DNA of 32,000 nucleotides from Mixta sp. Marseille-Q2659 (GCF_940807255.1 NZ_CALNWY010000006.1:57139-89138); one strand, 5' to 3'; counted from the stretch's first letter, positions 1 through 8,132 are shown. Notes: generated from the letters alone by a model not told the origin. Program-made: numbers and translations.

Positions 1-1391
1 GACCGGTTCGCGCGCCCGGCGGGCACGTGAATAAAGGTCAGATGCGTTTCGGAGAGATCCGGGGAAATCTGCGGGTTAACCAGCGTCACCTTGCCAGGCA
101 GCGCTTCAAAGGCGGCATACAGTTTGCGCGTCAGCACGCCAATATCTTGCGGACTGGCGCTGACGCTTAAGTTGTTGCGGCGCGCGAAACGGATCAGGTT
201 GCGATAGCTCTGCATCATCGCATCCAGCAGTTCATTGTGCGCTTCGCGCACGCGCTCGATTTTCCAGTCGGCACGGCTGTCGAGAATGGCAAGACGCGCT
301 TCATCCCAGCCCCACTCGCTGACCAGCTGCGCCAGAATTTCGCGGCGCCAGCCGGAACGATGCGGACTACTTTCCTGCGACAGTTTTTCACAGACTTTCA
401 GATAGAAGCAGCGGCGCACCAGATCGAGCCGGGCGTGATCGTCGATGCTGGTAAGATAATGCGTTACGCGCTCCAGCATCATGCAGTAGGGATCAAGGCC
501 GAAGGAAACGATTTCGCCATCATGCAGACGCTGTTTACTATCCATCGCCAGCAGGCGCGTTTGCGGATATTCCCAGGAATAGGCTTCCAGCAGCAGCGTT
601 TTCAATACCGCCTTGTAGGGCGAATCGATACTTTTATAGAGCTGCCACAGGCTGGCGCCAAAATACTCTTCGGCGGAGAGCGTACTCAGCCCGCCCAAAT
701 CGAGCCATTCATTCGGCGTCAGCACGCCCTGCGCATAGAGCGACATCACATAATCATCGTAATGCTCTTCTTCTTCGCCCGGCACCATATTCCACAGAAT
801 ACGCTTGCCCGCCATGCGCACAGCGGTACGGTAAAACTCATCCAGCAGCAGGATATGCTGCGTTGAGCCGCAGTCTTCGCCGCCGAGGCTGCCGCTTTCA
901 TTATGGCGAAAGCGGTTTTCATCAATCAGGAAGAAGCTCACCTCAACGCCCATCGCCGCGCACCATTTCTGCAGCAGCTGGCATTTTTTCTGGAGCGCCA
1001 GACGTTCGTCGCTATCCAGCCATGACTGGTGGCAAACCCAAATATCTAAATCGGAGGTGCTGTTCTGCCCAACGGAAGAGGTACTGCCCATAGAATAGAG
1101 GCCGGTGATCGGCATCTCCCCTTTGGGCGGTAGGGCAATTGGCTGGCCTGATTTACGTTCGATATCATTCAGGTAGCGCTGTTGATTTTCATCAGACGTG
1201 TAAAAGCTGACGCCGAATGGAACGTTACCTTCAAGGTAGCCCGGCATCAAAGGATGATGATGATGTAATAGGGTTGGCAGCAGACCGTATACCTGCTGGA
1301 AAGCAGGGCCCATTGCAGCCAGTGCGCGATCGACACGCAACTGGTTAATGGCATCCAGTCTCTGTTTCAGTGTCTCAATGTAGAGGTACAA
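1..1391 (-). CDS. cyaA: class I adenylate cyclase, N-terminal ~463 codons (3' end runs off the window)
   Basis: Absent from the ORF track because it starts with TTG (1391..1389) and is cut by the window edge. The reverse complement reads TTG TAC CTC TAC ATT GAG ACA CTG AAA CAG = (M)[22 protein letters not shown]. At the window edge the same frame reads [20 protein letters not shown]. Both match the E. coli CyaA N-terminal region as I recall it, including its known UUG start. The gene is divergent from hemC, as in E. coli. Confidence 0.93.
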   Translation of the reverse strand, partial: MYLYIETLKQRLDAINQLRVDRALAAMGPAFQQVYGLLPTLLHHHHPLMPGYLEGNVPFGVSFYTSDENQQRYLNDIERKSGQPIALPPKGEMPITGLYSMGSTSSVGQNSTSDLDIWVCHQSWLDSDERLALQKKCQLLQKWCAAMGVEVSFFLIDENRFRHNESGSLGGEDCGSTQHILLLDEFYRTAVRMAGKRILWNMVPGEEEEHYDDYVMSLYAQGVLTPNEWLDLGGLSTLSAEEYFGASLWQLYKSIDSPYKAVLKTLLLEAYSWEYPQTRLLAMDSKQRLHDGEIVSFGLDPYCMMLERVTHYLTSIDDHARLDLVRRCFYLKVCEKLSQESSPHRSGWRREILAQLVSEWGWDEARLAILDSRADWKIERVREAHNELLDAMMQSYRNLIRFARRNNLSVSASPQDIGVLTRKLYAAFEALPGKVTLVNPQISPDLSETHLTFIHVPAGRANR

Positions 1392-1484
1392 GACGTTTCG
1401 CCTGATTGTCCCAGTGCTTATAAATAACCCTGTTTCCGGGATCTGCCGCTTCATTTAAGAAATTTTCGGGCAGATTACTGCTGG

Positions 1485-1506
1485 AAACGTGATCAATCTA
1501 ACACCT
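1485..1506 (-). promoter_or_regulatory. candidate CRP operator in the cyaA promoter region
   Basis: The minus strand reads CCAGGTGTTAGATTGATCACGTTT. This contains TGTTA-N6-TCACG, 8/10 to the TGTGA-N6-TCACA core, about 100 nt upstream of the cyaA TTG. It closely resembles the CRP site described at E. coli cyaA P2 (from memory). Confidence 0.5.
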
Positions 1507-1680
1507 GGCAGATTGACCGTAAAGAAAGTTGCGCTACTTAACAGTTTAGCACGCTTTATCCACCGATCGATCTGTCCTGTCCCTTTTGCGCTTTCCTTTC
1601 CCGTTCAAAAATCGTGGAAACTGACAGCCTTCCTGTATCAATGATAGGATAATCAGTGAACGATCAAAACGGTATCAAGC

Positions 1681-2622
1681 ATGTTAGATAAAATTTTAAG
1701 AATTGCCACCCGGCAGAGCCCGCTGGCGTTATGGCAGGCACAATATGTTCAGCAGCGCCTGATGGCCTGTCATCCAGGGCTGCGGGTAGAACTGGTGCCG
1801 ATGGTGACGCGCGGCGATATTATCCTCGATACGCCGCTGGCGAAAGTGGGCGGTAAAGGGTTATTCGTCAAAGAACTTGAGCTGGCGATGCTTGAAAACC
1901 GTGCCGACATCGCAGTGCATTCGATGAAAGATGTGCCGGTTGCTTTCCCGGAGGGTCTGGGGCTGGTGACCATTTGCGAACGTGACGATCCGCTGGATGC
2001 CTTCGTCTCTAATCACTACGCTACGCTGGATGCCTTACCGCAGGGCGCTGTCGTCGGCACATCCAGCCTGCGTCGTCAGTGTCAGCTGGCCGAGCTGCGC
2101 CCCGATCTGGAGATTCGCTCGCTGCGCGGCAATGTTGGTACGCGCCTGTCGAAACTGGATGCCGGCGAATATGACGCCATTATTCTCGCCGCGGCCGGGC
2201 TTAAGCGCCTGGGCTTGCAGGATCGCATCCGCTATGCCATTCCCGCTGAGGTTTCCTTACCGGCCGTTGGCCAGGGTGCCGTGGGGATTGAATGCCGTCT
2301 CGACGATGAACAAACCATTATGCTGCTGGCGGCGTTAAATGATGACGATACCGCCACGCGGGTAAAAGCGGAGCGCGCGATGAATACGCGGCTGGAAGGC
2401 GGCTGTCAGGTGCCTATCGGCAGCTATGCGCTGCTTGAAGGCGATAATATTTGGCTGCGCGGCCTGGTCGGTTCCCCTGATGGCAAAACGATGGTTCGCG
2501 GTGAGCGTCGCGGCCCACGCAGCCAGGCGGAACAGCTGGGCATTTCACTGGCCGATGAATTATTGAATAACGGCGCCCGCGAAATTCTGCGCGACGTTTA
2601 TCAGGGGAACCCTCCCGTATGA
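1681..2622 (+). CDS. hemC: hydroxymethylbilane synthase (porphobilinogen deaminase)
   Basis: 313-aa [26 protein letters not shown]...[11 protein letters not shown]...[14 protein letters not shown] aligns end to end with E. coli HemC (313 aa). First gene of hemCDXY. Confidence 0.97.
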   Translation: MLDKILRIATRQSPLALWQAQYVQQRLMACHPGLRVELVPMVTRGDIILDTPLAKVGGKGLFVKELELAMLENRADIAVHSMKDVPVAFPEGLGLVTICERDDPLDAFVSNHYATLDALPQGAVVGTSSLRRQCQLAELRPDLEIRSLRGNVGTRLSKLDAGEYDAIILAAAGLKRLGLQDRIRYAIPAEVSLPAVGQGAVGIECRLDDEQTIMLLAALNDDDTATRVKAERAMNTRLEGGCQVPIGSYALLEGDNIWLRGLVGSPDGKTMVRGERRGPRSQAEQLGISLADELLNNGAREILRDVYQGNPPV

Positions 2623-3359
2623 GCATCCTCGTCACCCGCCCTTCTCCCGCAGGCGATGAGCTGGTGACGCGCCTGTGTGCGCTGGGCCACACCGCCTGGA
2701 GCTTTCCTTTAATAGAATTCACGCCTGGCCGCGAGCTGGCGCAACTGCCTCAGGCACTGGCGGCACTGGCCCCAGGCGATCTGGTTTTCGCCCTTTCCCA
2801 GCACGCTGTTGAATACGCGCAGCCGCTTATGCGCCAGGCGAGTTTACCCTGGCCCGCTACGCTGGACTATTATGCTATAGGGCGTACCACCGCTCTCGCT
2901 TTGCATCGCGCGAGCGGGCTGAATGTCGCCTGGCCGCAAGAGGGCGAAACCAGTGAAATGCTGCTGCAATTGCCCGCGCTACGTCGGTTGAAAGGAAAAA
3001 AAGCGCTTATCCTGCGCGGCAACGGCGGCCGCGAGCTGCTGGGCGTCACGCTGACGAAGCGCGGAGCCGAAGTGCGTTTCCTTGAATGCTACCAGCGTTG
3101 TGAAAAATTTTATCATGGCCCCAGCGAAGGAAAACGCTGGCGCGACCGCGGCATTGATACGCTGGTGATCACCAGCGGCGAGATGCTGCAACAACTTCAT
3201 CAGCTTTTTCCTGCGATCGATCGTGAGGATTGGCTGCTGGGCTGTCGACTTATTGTCGTCAGCGAACGTTTGGCTACCCTGGCCAGGGAACTTGGCTGGA
3301 AACGTATTACGGTAGCTGATGGTGCTGATAACGACGCGCTGCTGCGCGCGTTACAATAA
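2619..3359 (+). CDS. hemD: uroporphyrinogen-III synthase
   Basis: 246-aa ORF with an ATGA start/stop overlap with hemC (2619..2622). [16 protein letters not shown]... matches the E. coli HemD N-terminus and length. Confidence 0.95.
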   Translation: MSILVTRPSPAGDELVTRLCALGHTAWSFPLIEFTPGRELAQLPQALAALAPGDLVFALSQHAVEYAQPLMRQASLPWPATLDYYAIGRTTALALHRASGLNVAWPQEGETSEMLLQLPALRRLKGKKALILRGNGGRELLGVTLTKRGAEVRFLECYQRCEKFYHGPSEGKRWRDRGIDTLVITSGEMLQQLHQLFPAIDREDWLLGCRLIVVSERLATLARELGWKRITVADGADNDALLRALQ

Positions 3360-3382
3360 ACTTGAAAATGGGATGTGCCACA

Positions 3383-4519
3383 ATGACGGAACAAAAAGAT
3401 TCCTCCGCCATGGTTGAAGAGACTACGCCTGCGGTAGAAACCAGGACGCCGCCGACAAAAAAGCCTGCACGTAAATCAGGCCAGGCCGGCACTGCGCTGA
3501 GCGCGCTGGCGATTGTGATTGCGCTAGCGATTGGCGCCGGGCTGTGGGTAAATGCGCATCATCAGGCGCAGCAACAGGCTCAGGTCAGCCAGACGCTAAG
3601 TGAACAGCTCAACGCGCTACAGCAGCAAAGCGAGCGCGAAAAAGAGCAACTAAAACAGCAGATCGCTACGCAGAGCAGCGAACTGCAAACCGTGCGCGAA
3701 CAGCAGGCGGCGCTGAGCAACCAGCTGAATCAGTTAAATGAAAAAGTGGCCACCATTTCGGGCAACGATGCGCGTACCTGGCTGCTGGCGCAGGCGGATT
3801 ATCTGGTAAAACTGGCGGGACGCAAGCTGTGGAGCGATCAGGATGTCACCACGGCGGCAGCGCTGCTGAAAAGCGCCGACGCCAGCCTGGCGGACATGAA
3901 CGATCCCAGCCTGGTGCCGGTGCGTCGGGCGATTACCCAGGATATCAGCAATCTGGCGGCGATTAGCCAGGTTGACTATGACGGTATTATCCTGAAGCTA
4001 AATCAGCTCTCTAATGGTGTCGATAATCTGCGTCTGGCAGACAACGATAGCGATAATGCGCCGATGGACGCCGACAGTAATGAACTTACCTCTTCGCTGC
4101 GCGAATGGCGTCAGAACCTGGTCAAAAGCTGGCATAACTTTATGGATGACTTTATTACCATCCGCCGCCGCGACAATACCGCCGAGCCACTGCTGGCACC
4201 GAATCAAGATGTCTACCTGCGCGAGAATATTCGTTCACGCCTGCTGATCGCCGCACAGGCGGTGCCGCGCCATCAGGACGAGATCTATCGTCAGTCGGTA
4301 GATACCGTCTCGACCTGGGTTCGTGCCTGGTTTGATACCAGCGATGCCAGCACCAAATCATTCCTGGCGCAGCTTGACGATCTGAGCCAGCAAAATGTTT
4401 CAATGGAGATCCCGGAGGCGCTGGAAAGCCAGCCGCTGCTCGATAAGCTGATGCAAACGCGGGTGCGTAACCTGCTGGCGCAGCCCGCTGAACCGGCACA
4501 GCCGCAGCAGGGAGAGTAA
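3383..4519 (+). CDS. hemX: HemX (putative uroporphyrinogen-III C-methyltransferase-like membrane protein)
   Basis: The track ORF begins at TTG 3362. The homolog N-terminus MTEQ... starts at ATG 3383. The central and C-terminal blocks ([59 protein letters not shown]) match E. coli HemX. Confidence 0.9.
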   Translation: MTEQKDSSAMVEETTPAVETRTPPTKKPARKSGQAGTALSALAIVIALAIGAGLWVNAHHQAQQQAQVSQTLSEQLNALQQQSEREKEQLKQQIATQSSELQTVREQQAALSNQLNQLNEKVATISGNDARTWLLAQADYLVKLAGRKLWSDQDVTTAAALLKSADASLADMNDPSLVPVRRAITQDISNLAAISQVDYDGIILKLNQLSNGVDNLRLADNDSDNAPMDADSNELTSSLREWRQNLVKSWHNFMDDFITIRRRDNTAEPLLAPNQDVYLRENIRSRLLIAAQAVPRHQDEIYRQSVDTVSTWVRAWFDTSDASTKSFLAQLDDLSQQNVSMEIPEALESQPLLDKLMQTRVRNLLAQPAEPAQPQQGE

Positions 4520-4521
4520 CA

Positions 4522-5712
4522 ATGCTAAAAGTCTTTGTACTGTTCCTGTTACTTATCGCTGGTATCGTGATTGGCCCGATGATTGCGGGCCATCAGGGTT
4601 ATGTGCTGATCCAGACCGATAACTGGAATATCGAGACCAGCGTCACCGGTCTGGCCATTATCCTGATCATATCGTTGCTGGTTATTCTTGCCGTTGAGTG
4701 GCTGCTGCGCCGTCTGTTCCGTACCGGCGCCAAAACGCGCGGCTGGTTTACTGGGCGTAAACGTAATCGCGCCCGCCGTCAAACGCATCAGGCACTGGTG
4801 AAGCTGGCGGAGGGCGATTATCGTCAGGTGGAAAAGCTGCTGTCGCGCAATGCCGACCATGCTGAACAGCCGGTGGTCAATTATCTGCTGGCGGCAGAAG
4901 CGGCGCAGCAACGCGGCGATGAAATGCGCGCTAATCAGCATCTGGAACGCGCCTCAGAGCTGGCCCATAACGATCCCATTCCGGTAGAAATTACCCGCGT
5001 GCGTATTCAGCTGGCGCGTAATGAAGATCACGCCGCCCGGCACGGTATTGACCGTCTGCTGGAAGTTGCGCCGCGCCATCCAGAAGTGCTGCGCCTGGCG
5101 GAACAGGCTTATGTTCGTACCGGAGGCTGGGGTGCCCTGCTCGATATTCTGCCCGCGATGGAAAAAGCGCAGGTTGCTAATGAAGAGCAGATTAAAGCGT
5201 TGCGTCAGCAGGCGTGGTTGGGCCTGATGAACCAGGCGATGGCGGAGCAAGGTAGCGAAGGTCTGAAACGCTGGTGGCAAAGCCTTAACCGTAAAACCCG
5301 TCATGAGACTGCGCTTCAGGTCGCAATGGCAGATCATTTGATTGCCTGTGACGATCATGATACCGCGCAGGAGATCGTGCTGGATGGCCTGAAACGTCAA
5401 TATGATGAACGCCTGATTCTGCTGATGCCGCGCCTGAAAACCGGTAATCCAGAGCAACTGGAAAAAGCGCTGCGTCAGCAGATTAAGCAGCATGGCGCGA
5501 CGCCTCTGCTTTACAGCACGCTGGGGCAACTGTTGATGAAGCATGGCGAATGGCAACAGGCTTGCGATGCTTTCCGGGAAGCGCTGAAACAGCGGCCAGA
5601 CGGCTTTGATTATGCCTGGCTGGCGGATGCGCTGGATCGTCTGCATCATCCTGAAGAGGCTGCGCAGATGCGTCGGGAAGGCTTATTGCTGACGCTCAAA
5701 AATAATCGCTAA
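4522..5712 (+). CDS. hemY: HemY (TPR-containing inner-membrane protein of the hem operon)
   Basis: 396-aa ORF starting 2 nt after the hemX stop. It has N-terminal TM segments, then TPR-like repeats. Position and length match E. coli HemY. Confidence 0.93.
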   Translation: MLKVFVLFLLLIAGIVIGPMIAGHQGYVLIQTDNWNIETSVTGLAIILIISLLVILAVEWLLRRLFRTGAKTRGWFTGRKRNRARRQTHQALVKLAEGDYRQVEKLLSRNADHAEQPVVNYLLAAEAAQQRGDEMRANQHLERASELAHNDPIPVEITRVRIQLARNEDHAARHGIDRLLEVAPRHPEVLRLAEQAYVRTGGWGALLDILPAMEKAQVANEEQIKALRQQAWLGLMNQAMAEQGSEGLKRWWQSLNRKTRHETALQVAMADHLIACDDHDTAQEIVLDGLKRQYDERLILLMPRLKTGNPEQLEKALRQQIKQHGATPLLYSTLGQLLMKHGEWQQACDAFREALKQRPDGFDYAWLADALDRLHHPEEAAQMRREGLLLTLKNNR

Positions 5713-5727
5713 TACAAGCAATGCAAG

Positions 5728-5751
5728 AAGCCGGGGCGACCCGGCTTTTTT
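5728..5751 (+). terminator. rho-independent terminator of hemCDXY
   Basis: AAGCCGGG-GCGA-CCCGGCTT hairpin (5728..5747) followed by a T-run, 16 nt after the hemY stop. Confidence 0.8.
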
Positions 5752-5799
5752 GTGCCTGTCATTTAACAAGATTCAGCAGTTAAGTTTGAGATTATAAAA

Positions 5800-5873
5800 C
5801 TGTGGGCTGTGGGCTGTGGGCTGTGGGCTGTGGGCTGTGGGCTGTGGGCTGTGGGCTGTGGGCTGTGGGCTGT
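5800..5873. repeat. perfect heptanucleotide tandem repeat (TGTGGGC) x10 plus a partial unit
   Basis: Direct count: units start at 5801, 5808, ... 5864, followed by TGT. There are no mismatches. This gives ten GGG runs separated by 4-nt CTGT loops on the + strand. Confidence 0.97.
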
Positions 5874-5989
5874 AAAATTTTGATATCTGGGATCGTCGCT
5901 TTCAACATTGATCGCTGTTTTTGCCTGGAAGTTTGCTGGCTAATATGGCTCAGATCCCGTGCAACAGCTCATTTTTACCAGGCGCAGAT

Positions 5990-6019
5990 AAAAAAACACC
6001 TGCCTAAAGTGGGCAGGTG
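5990..6019 (-). terminator. rho-independent terminator of glmZ
   Basis: Minus strand: CACCTGCC-CACTTTA-GGCAGGTG followed by TTTTTTT. On the + strand the stem arms are 5997..6004 and 6012..6019, and the A-run is 5990..5996. Confidence 0.8.
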
Positions 6020-6193
6020 CAAAGATCAGGTCGGTAAGACAACCGGATTGGTACCCGACTCAACGTAGTGCCCTTAAACTCCAATAAAGCGAACGATATT
6101 GGCTGGCTGGACAACAGGTACCCTAATTTGGCTCTGCATCATTCCTGAGTTTATGAGGCCGAAGCGAACATAAGAGGTGGAATGAGCATCTAC
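5990..6193 (-). ncRNA. glmZ: GlmZ (SraJ/RyiA) small regulatory RNA homolog
   Basis: The reverse complement from 6193 reads GTAGATGCTCATTCCACCTCTTATGTTCGCTTCGGCCTCATAAACTCAGGAATGATGCAGAGCC. This is near-identical to the 5' ~65 nt of E. coli GlmZ as I recall it. Further conserved blocks are ACGTTGAGT, GTTGTC and GACCTG. It ends in a GC hairpin plus U7. The location (next to hemY, antisense to it) is the same as in E. coli. Confidence 0.85.
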
Positions 6194-6204
6194 GCGTATA
6201 TTAT

Positions 6205-6220
6205 TGCACAAGCTGTGCCA
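6205..6220 (-). promoter_or_regulatory. sigma-54 (-24/-12) type promoter of glmZ
   Basis: The minus strand reads cTGGCACagcttGTGCAa. The spacing is GG-N10-GC, and the GC lies 13-14 nt upstream of the inferred GlmZ 5' G (6193). There is one mismatch to TGGCAC-N5-TTGCA. A TGc-AATAAT extended -10-like sequence overlaps it (6200..6208). Confidence 0.65.
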
Positions 6221-6305
6221 GGCTGCGCTTATTCTGAAATTAATTTTTTATCTTATTGGATTTAATAGATAATCACCCGCAGCACCATTTCGTCGTGTTA
6301 GCGCT

Positions 6306-6323
6306 TGTCGCTGCCCGGCAACA
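6306..6323. promoter_or_regulatory. GlrR/QseF-type activator binding site, proximal (TGTT-N10-GACA)
   Basis: The minus strand reads TGTTgccgggcagcGACA, centred about 121 nt upstream of the glmZ 5' end. 7/8 to the TGTC-N10-GACA consensus. Confidence 0.6.
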
Positions 6324-6337
6324 ATACTGATTCTCTT

Positions 6338-6355
6338 TGTCGCTAACTTGAGACA
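6338..6355. promoter_or_regulatory. GlrR/QseF-type activator binding site, middle (TGTC-N10-GACA)
   Basis: The minus strand reads TGTCtcaagttagcGACA, a perfect match to the consensus half-sites, centred about 153 nt upstream. Confidence 0.65.
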
Positions 6356-6400
6356 GGCTAAACCCCCTGGCGGAAATCCTATATTTATCATTGATATAAA

Positions 6401-6418
6401 TGTCTCCAGCTTGAGACA
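6401..6418. promoter_or_regulatory. GlrR/QseF-type activator binding site, distal (TGTC-N10-GACA)
   Basis: The minus strand reads TGTCtcaagctggaGACA, a perfect match, centred about 216 nt upstream. It shares TGTCTCAAG with the middle site. Confidence 0.65.
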
Positions 6419-6576
6419 AACTCTAAGCGAAGCGCAAGAACCATGGAGAGTTAATCTGACTTTACACAGAATATGGCAGAAATAATGAAACGAGATACAG
6501 AAGCCAATGGATAACTACAGCAAACATTGAGAGAACAGCAGCAAAAAACGTTTTGGCGACCGAAGGATATGAGGAA

Positions 6577-6681
6577 GAAGCAGAAGCAGAAGCAGAAGCA
6601 GAAGCAGAAGCAGAAGCAGAAGCAGAAGCAGAAGCAGAAGCAGAAGCAGAAGCAGAAGCAGAAGCAGAAGCAGAAGCAGAA
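6577..6681. repeat. perfect hexanucleotide tandem repeat (GAAGCA) x17 plus a half unit
   Basis: Direct count: 17 units span 6577..6678, followed by GAA. A degenerate GAGGAA unit precedes them at 6571. No mismatches. Confidence 0.97.
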
Positions 6682-6691
6682 TAACAGATAC

Positions 6692-6714
6692 AAAAAAACC
6701 TGCATACGCAGGTT
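6692..6714 (-). terminator. rho-independent terminator of the tRNA operon
   Basis: Minus strand: AACCTGC-GTAT-GCAGGTT followed by TTTTTTT, starting 8 nt after the tRNA-Pro CCA end. Confidence 0.8.
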
Positions 6715-6721
6715 AATAAGA

Positions 6722-6798
6722 TGGTCGGCGAGAGAGGATTCGAACCTCCGACCCACTGGTCCCAAACCAGTTGCGCTACCAAGCTGCGCTACTCGCCG
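6722..6798 (-). tRNA. proM: tRNA-Pro (anticodon UGG)
   Basis: 77 nt. The reverse complement CGGCGAGTAGCGCAGCTTGGTAGCGCAACTGGTTTGGGACCAGTGGGTCGGAGGTTCGAATCCTCTCTCGCCGACCA is identical to E. coli proM as I recall it. CCA is encoded. Confidence 0.97.
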
Positions 6799-6835
6799 AC
6801 ATAATGCTCTTATCTTACTTACTCTTTCTTTTTCC

Positions 6836-6922
6836 TGGTGCGAAGAGAGGGACTTGAACCCTCACGTCCGTTAAGACACTAACACCTGAAGCTAGCGCGT
6901 CTACCAATTCCGCCACCTTCGC
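6836..6922 (-). tRNA. leuT: tRNA-Leu (anticodon CAG), class II with long variable arm
   Basis: 87 nt. GCGAAGGTGGCGGAATTGGTAGACGCGCTAGCTTCAGGTGTTAGTGTC...CGCACCA on the minus strand matches the 5' two-thirds of E. coli leuT. The variable arm and T-arm differ slightly. Confidence 0.96.
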
Positions 6923-6938
6923 ATGTTCCAGCAAAAGT

Positions 6939-7015
6939 TGGGGTGGCTAATGGGACTCGAACCCACGACAACTGGAATCACAATCCAGGGCTCTACCAAC
7001 TGAGCTATAGCCACC
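6939..7015 (-). tRNA. hisR: tRNA-His (anticodon GUG), with encoded G-1
   Basis: 77 nt. GGTGGCTATAGCTCAGTTGGTAGAGCCCTGGATTGTGATTCCAGTTGTCGTGGGTTCGAGTCCCATTAGCCACCCCA on the minus strand. Confidence 0.97.
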
Positions 7016-7073
7016 ATTACTTCTTACTACTAACGCGGTAAATGTTACCACCGCAGCTCTTGCGTCCAATTAA

Positions 7074-7150
<77 letters not shown>

Positions 7151-7171
7151 GTAGCGCCGTTGCGGATGGGG

Positions 7172-7225
7172 ATACTACGGATTTGCACCGTAGCTGTCCA
7201 GTGCTTTTTTAAGAAAAAAACGCGT
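7172..7225 (-). promoter_or_regulatory. candidate sigma-70 promoter of the argX-hisR-leuT-proM operon (UP-like A/T tract, -35, -10, GC-rich discriminator)
   Basis: The minus strand reads tttttttcttaaaaaagcac TGGACA (7200..7195), then 17 nt, then TAGTAT (7177..7172), then ccccatccgc, then the tRNA-Arg 5' end 21 nt downstream. The GC-rich discriminator is typical of stable-RNA promoters. Confidence 0.55.
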
Positions 7226-7312
7226 TTGATTACGCTTTGTGCATTCCGTCTAAACAAACGCCATTTTCGCCCGACAAGCGGATAAAAACCATCCGTTTAG
7301 CGCTTTACTCAG

Positions 7313-7339
7313 AAAAATGTAGCTGATGAGCAAGCTACA
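7313..7339 (-). terminator. candidate rho-independent terminator of the wec (ECA) operon
   Basis: Minus strand: TGTAGCT-TGCTCATC-AGCTACA followed by TTTTT. It lies 64 nt after the wecG stop. A second GC-rich hairpin (TCGCGGTC/GACCGCGA, 7351..7379) precedes it. Confidence 0.55.
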
Positions 7340-7402
7340 ACAGTGATACATCGCGGTCAGCTTTTGCAGTCGACCGCGAAATTACAAGCGCCGATATCGG
7401 CT

Positions 7403-8131
7403 TTACAGCTGGCCGCGATAGTAATAGCCCAAAAATTTTATCAGCCGTAGCTGTCGGCGCAGACGGCTGGGCTGGCTTAACAAGCGATAAAGCCATTCCA
7501 GCCCCAGGCGCTGCCAGATAAGCGGCGCACGCTTTACATGTCCGGTAAACACATCGTAAGTGCCGCCGACGCCCATATAGAGCGCCTGCGGACAGACCTG
7601 TTTGCACGCCTGCATCAATAACTCCTGCTTCGGCGATCCCATCGCCACCGTCACAATCTGCGCTCCGCTGGCTGCCACGCGCTGAAACAGCGCTTCGCTC
7701 TCATCAGCGTTAAAGTAGCCATGCTGCGTACCGACGATATTGACCTGCCACTGTTGACGCAGCTTCGCTACCGTTTCTTCCATGACCTGCGGTTTGCCGC
7801 CGATTAAAAATACCGGGATGTTCATCTGACCCGCGCGCGCCATCAGCGCTTCCCAGAGATCGGCGCCGGCGATACGCGTGACCTGCGCGTTGGGATACTT
7901 TTTACGGATAGCGCGAACAATGCTGATGCCGTCAGGATATTTAATTTCTGCCGCATCAATCAGCTGATGCAGCGCCGGATTCTCCTCATAAGCCAGCACT
8001 TTTTCCGCATTAATTGCGACCAGCGTACCGCTACGCGCGCGGCCGTTCGGGCAGAGGTAGTCGAGACATTCCGACATCCCGGAAAAAGCGTGCAGATCGA
8101 TGCCGCGAATCCGGTACTGGGGCACATCCAT
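7403..8131 (-). CDS. wecG: UDP-N-acetyl-D-mannosaminuronic acid transferase (ECA lipid II synthesis)
   Basis: Homologous to E. coli WecG/RffM ([64 protein letters not shown]). Start chosen at ATG 8131, which has GAGG 9 nt upstream and lies 1 nt after the wzyE stop. The track ORF starts at GTG 8146. Confidence 0.9.
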   Translation of the reverse strand: MDVPQYRIRGIDLHAFSGMSECLDYLCPNGRARSGTLVAINAEKVLAYEENPALHQLIDAAEIKYPDGISIVRAIRKKYPNAQVTRIAGADLWEALMARAGQMNIPVFLIGGKPQVMEETVAKLRQQWQVNIVGTQHGYFNADESEALFQRVAASGAQIVTVAMGSPKQELLMQACKQVCPQALYMGVGGTYDVFTGHVKRAPLIWQRLGLEWLYRLLSQPSRLRRQLRLIKFLGYYYRGQL

Positions 8132-8132
8132 A

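Noticed and set aside
237-866. Large antisense shadow ORFs inside real genes. Examples: 237..866 (cyaA), 4954..5649 (hemY), 9797..10582 (wecF), 12413..12982 (wecE), 13642..14310 (rffH), 14694..15212 (rffG), 17125..18198 (wecB/wzzE), 20554..21159 (rho), 23079..23633 (rhlB), 26464..26994 (rep), 28205..28684 (ilvC), 31084..31476 (ilvA)
   Set aside because: Each lies opposite a strongly conserved gene. Their composition is Arg/Gln/His-rich, which is typical of antisense frames in GC-rich coding DNA. None has a recognisable domain or an independent start signal.
5945-6007. 20-codon + strand ORF (MAQIPCNSSFLPGADKKTPA)
   Set aside because: It has no SD. It ends inside the glmZ terminator hairpin. 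It is more simply explained as non-coding flank.
5802-6068. 88-aa + strand ORF starting inside the heptamer repeat (MGCGLWAVGCGLWAV...)
   Set aside because: Its N-terminal third is just the 7-bp microsatellite read in rotating frames. It has no SD. It runs across the glmZ terminator and the 3' part of GlmZ on the opposite strand. The product is low-complexity.
5800-6681. The tandem repeats as a CRISPR array
   Set aside because: The units are 6-7 bp and directly abutting with no spacers. CRISPR repeats are about 24-48 bp and are separated by unique spacers. No cas genes are present.
6451-6874. Three ORFs reading through the hexamer repeat (CFCF..., SASA..., KQKQ... products; 6451..6765 -, 6462..6782 -, 6527..6874 +)
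   Set aside because: All three overlap tRNA-Pro (and tRNA-Leu for the + ORF) and its terminator. Their length comes only from the repeat lacking stop codons. No ribosome-binding sites are present.
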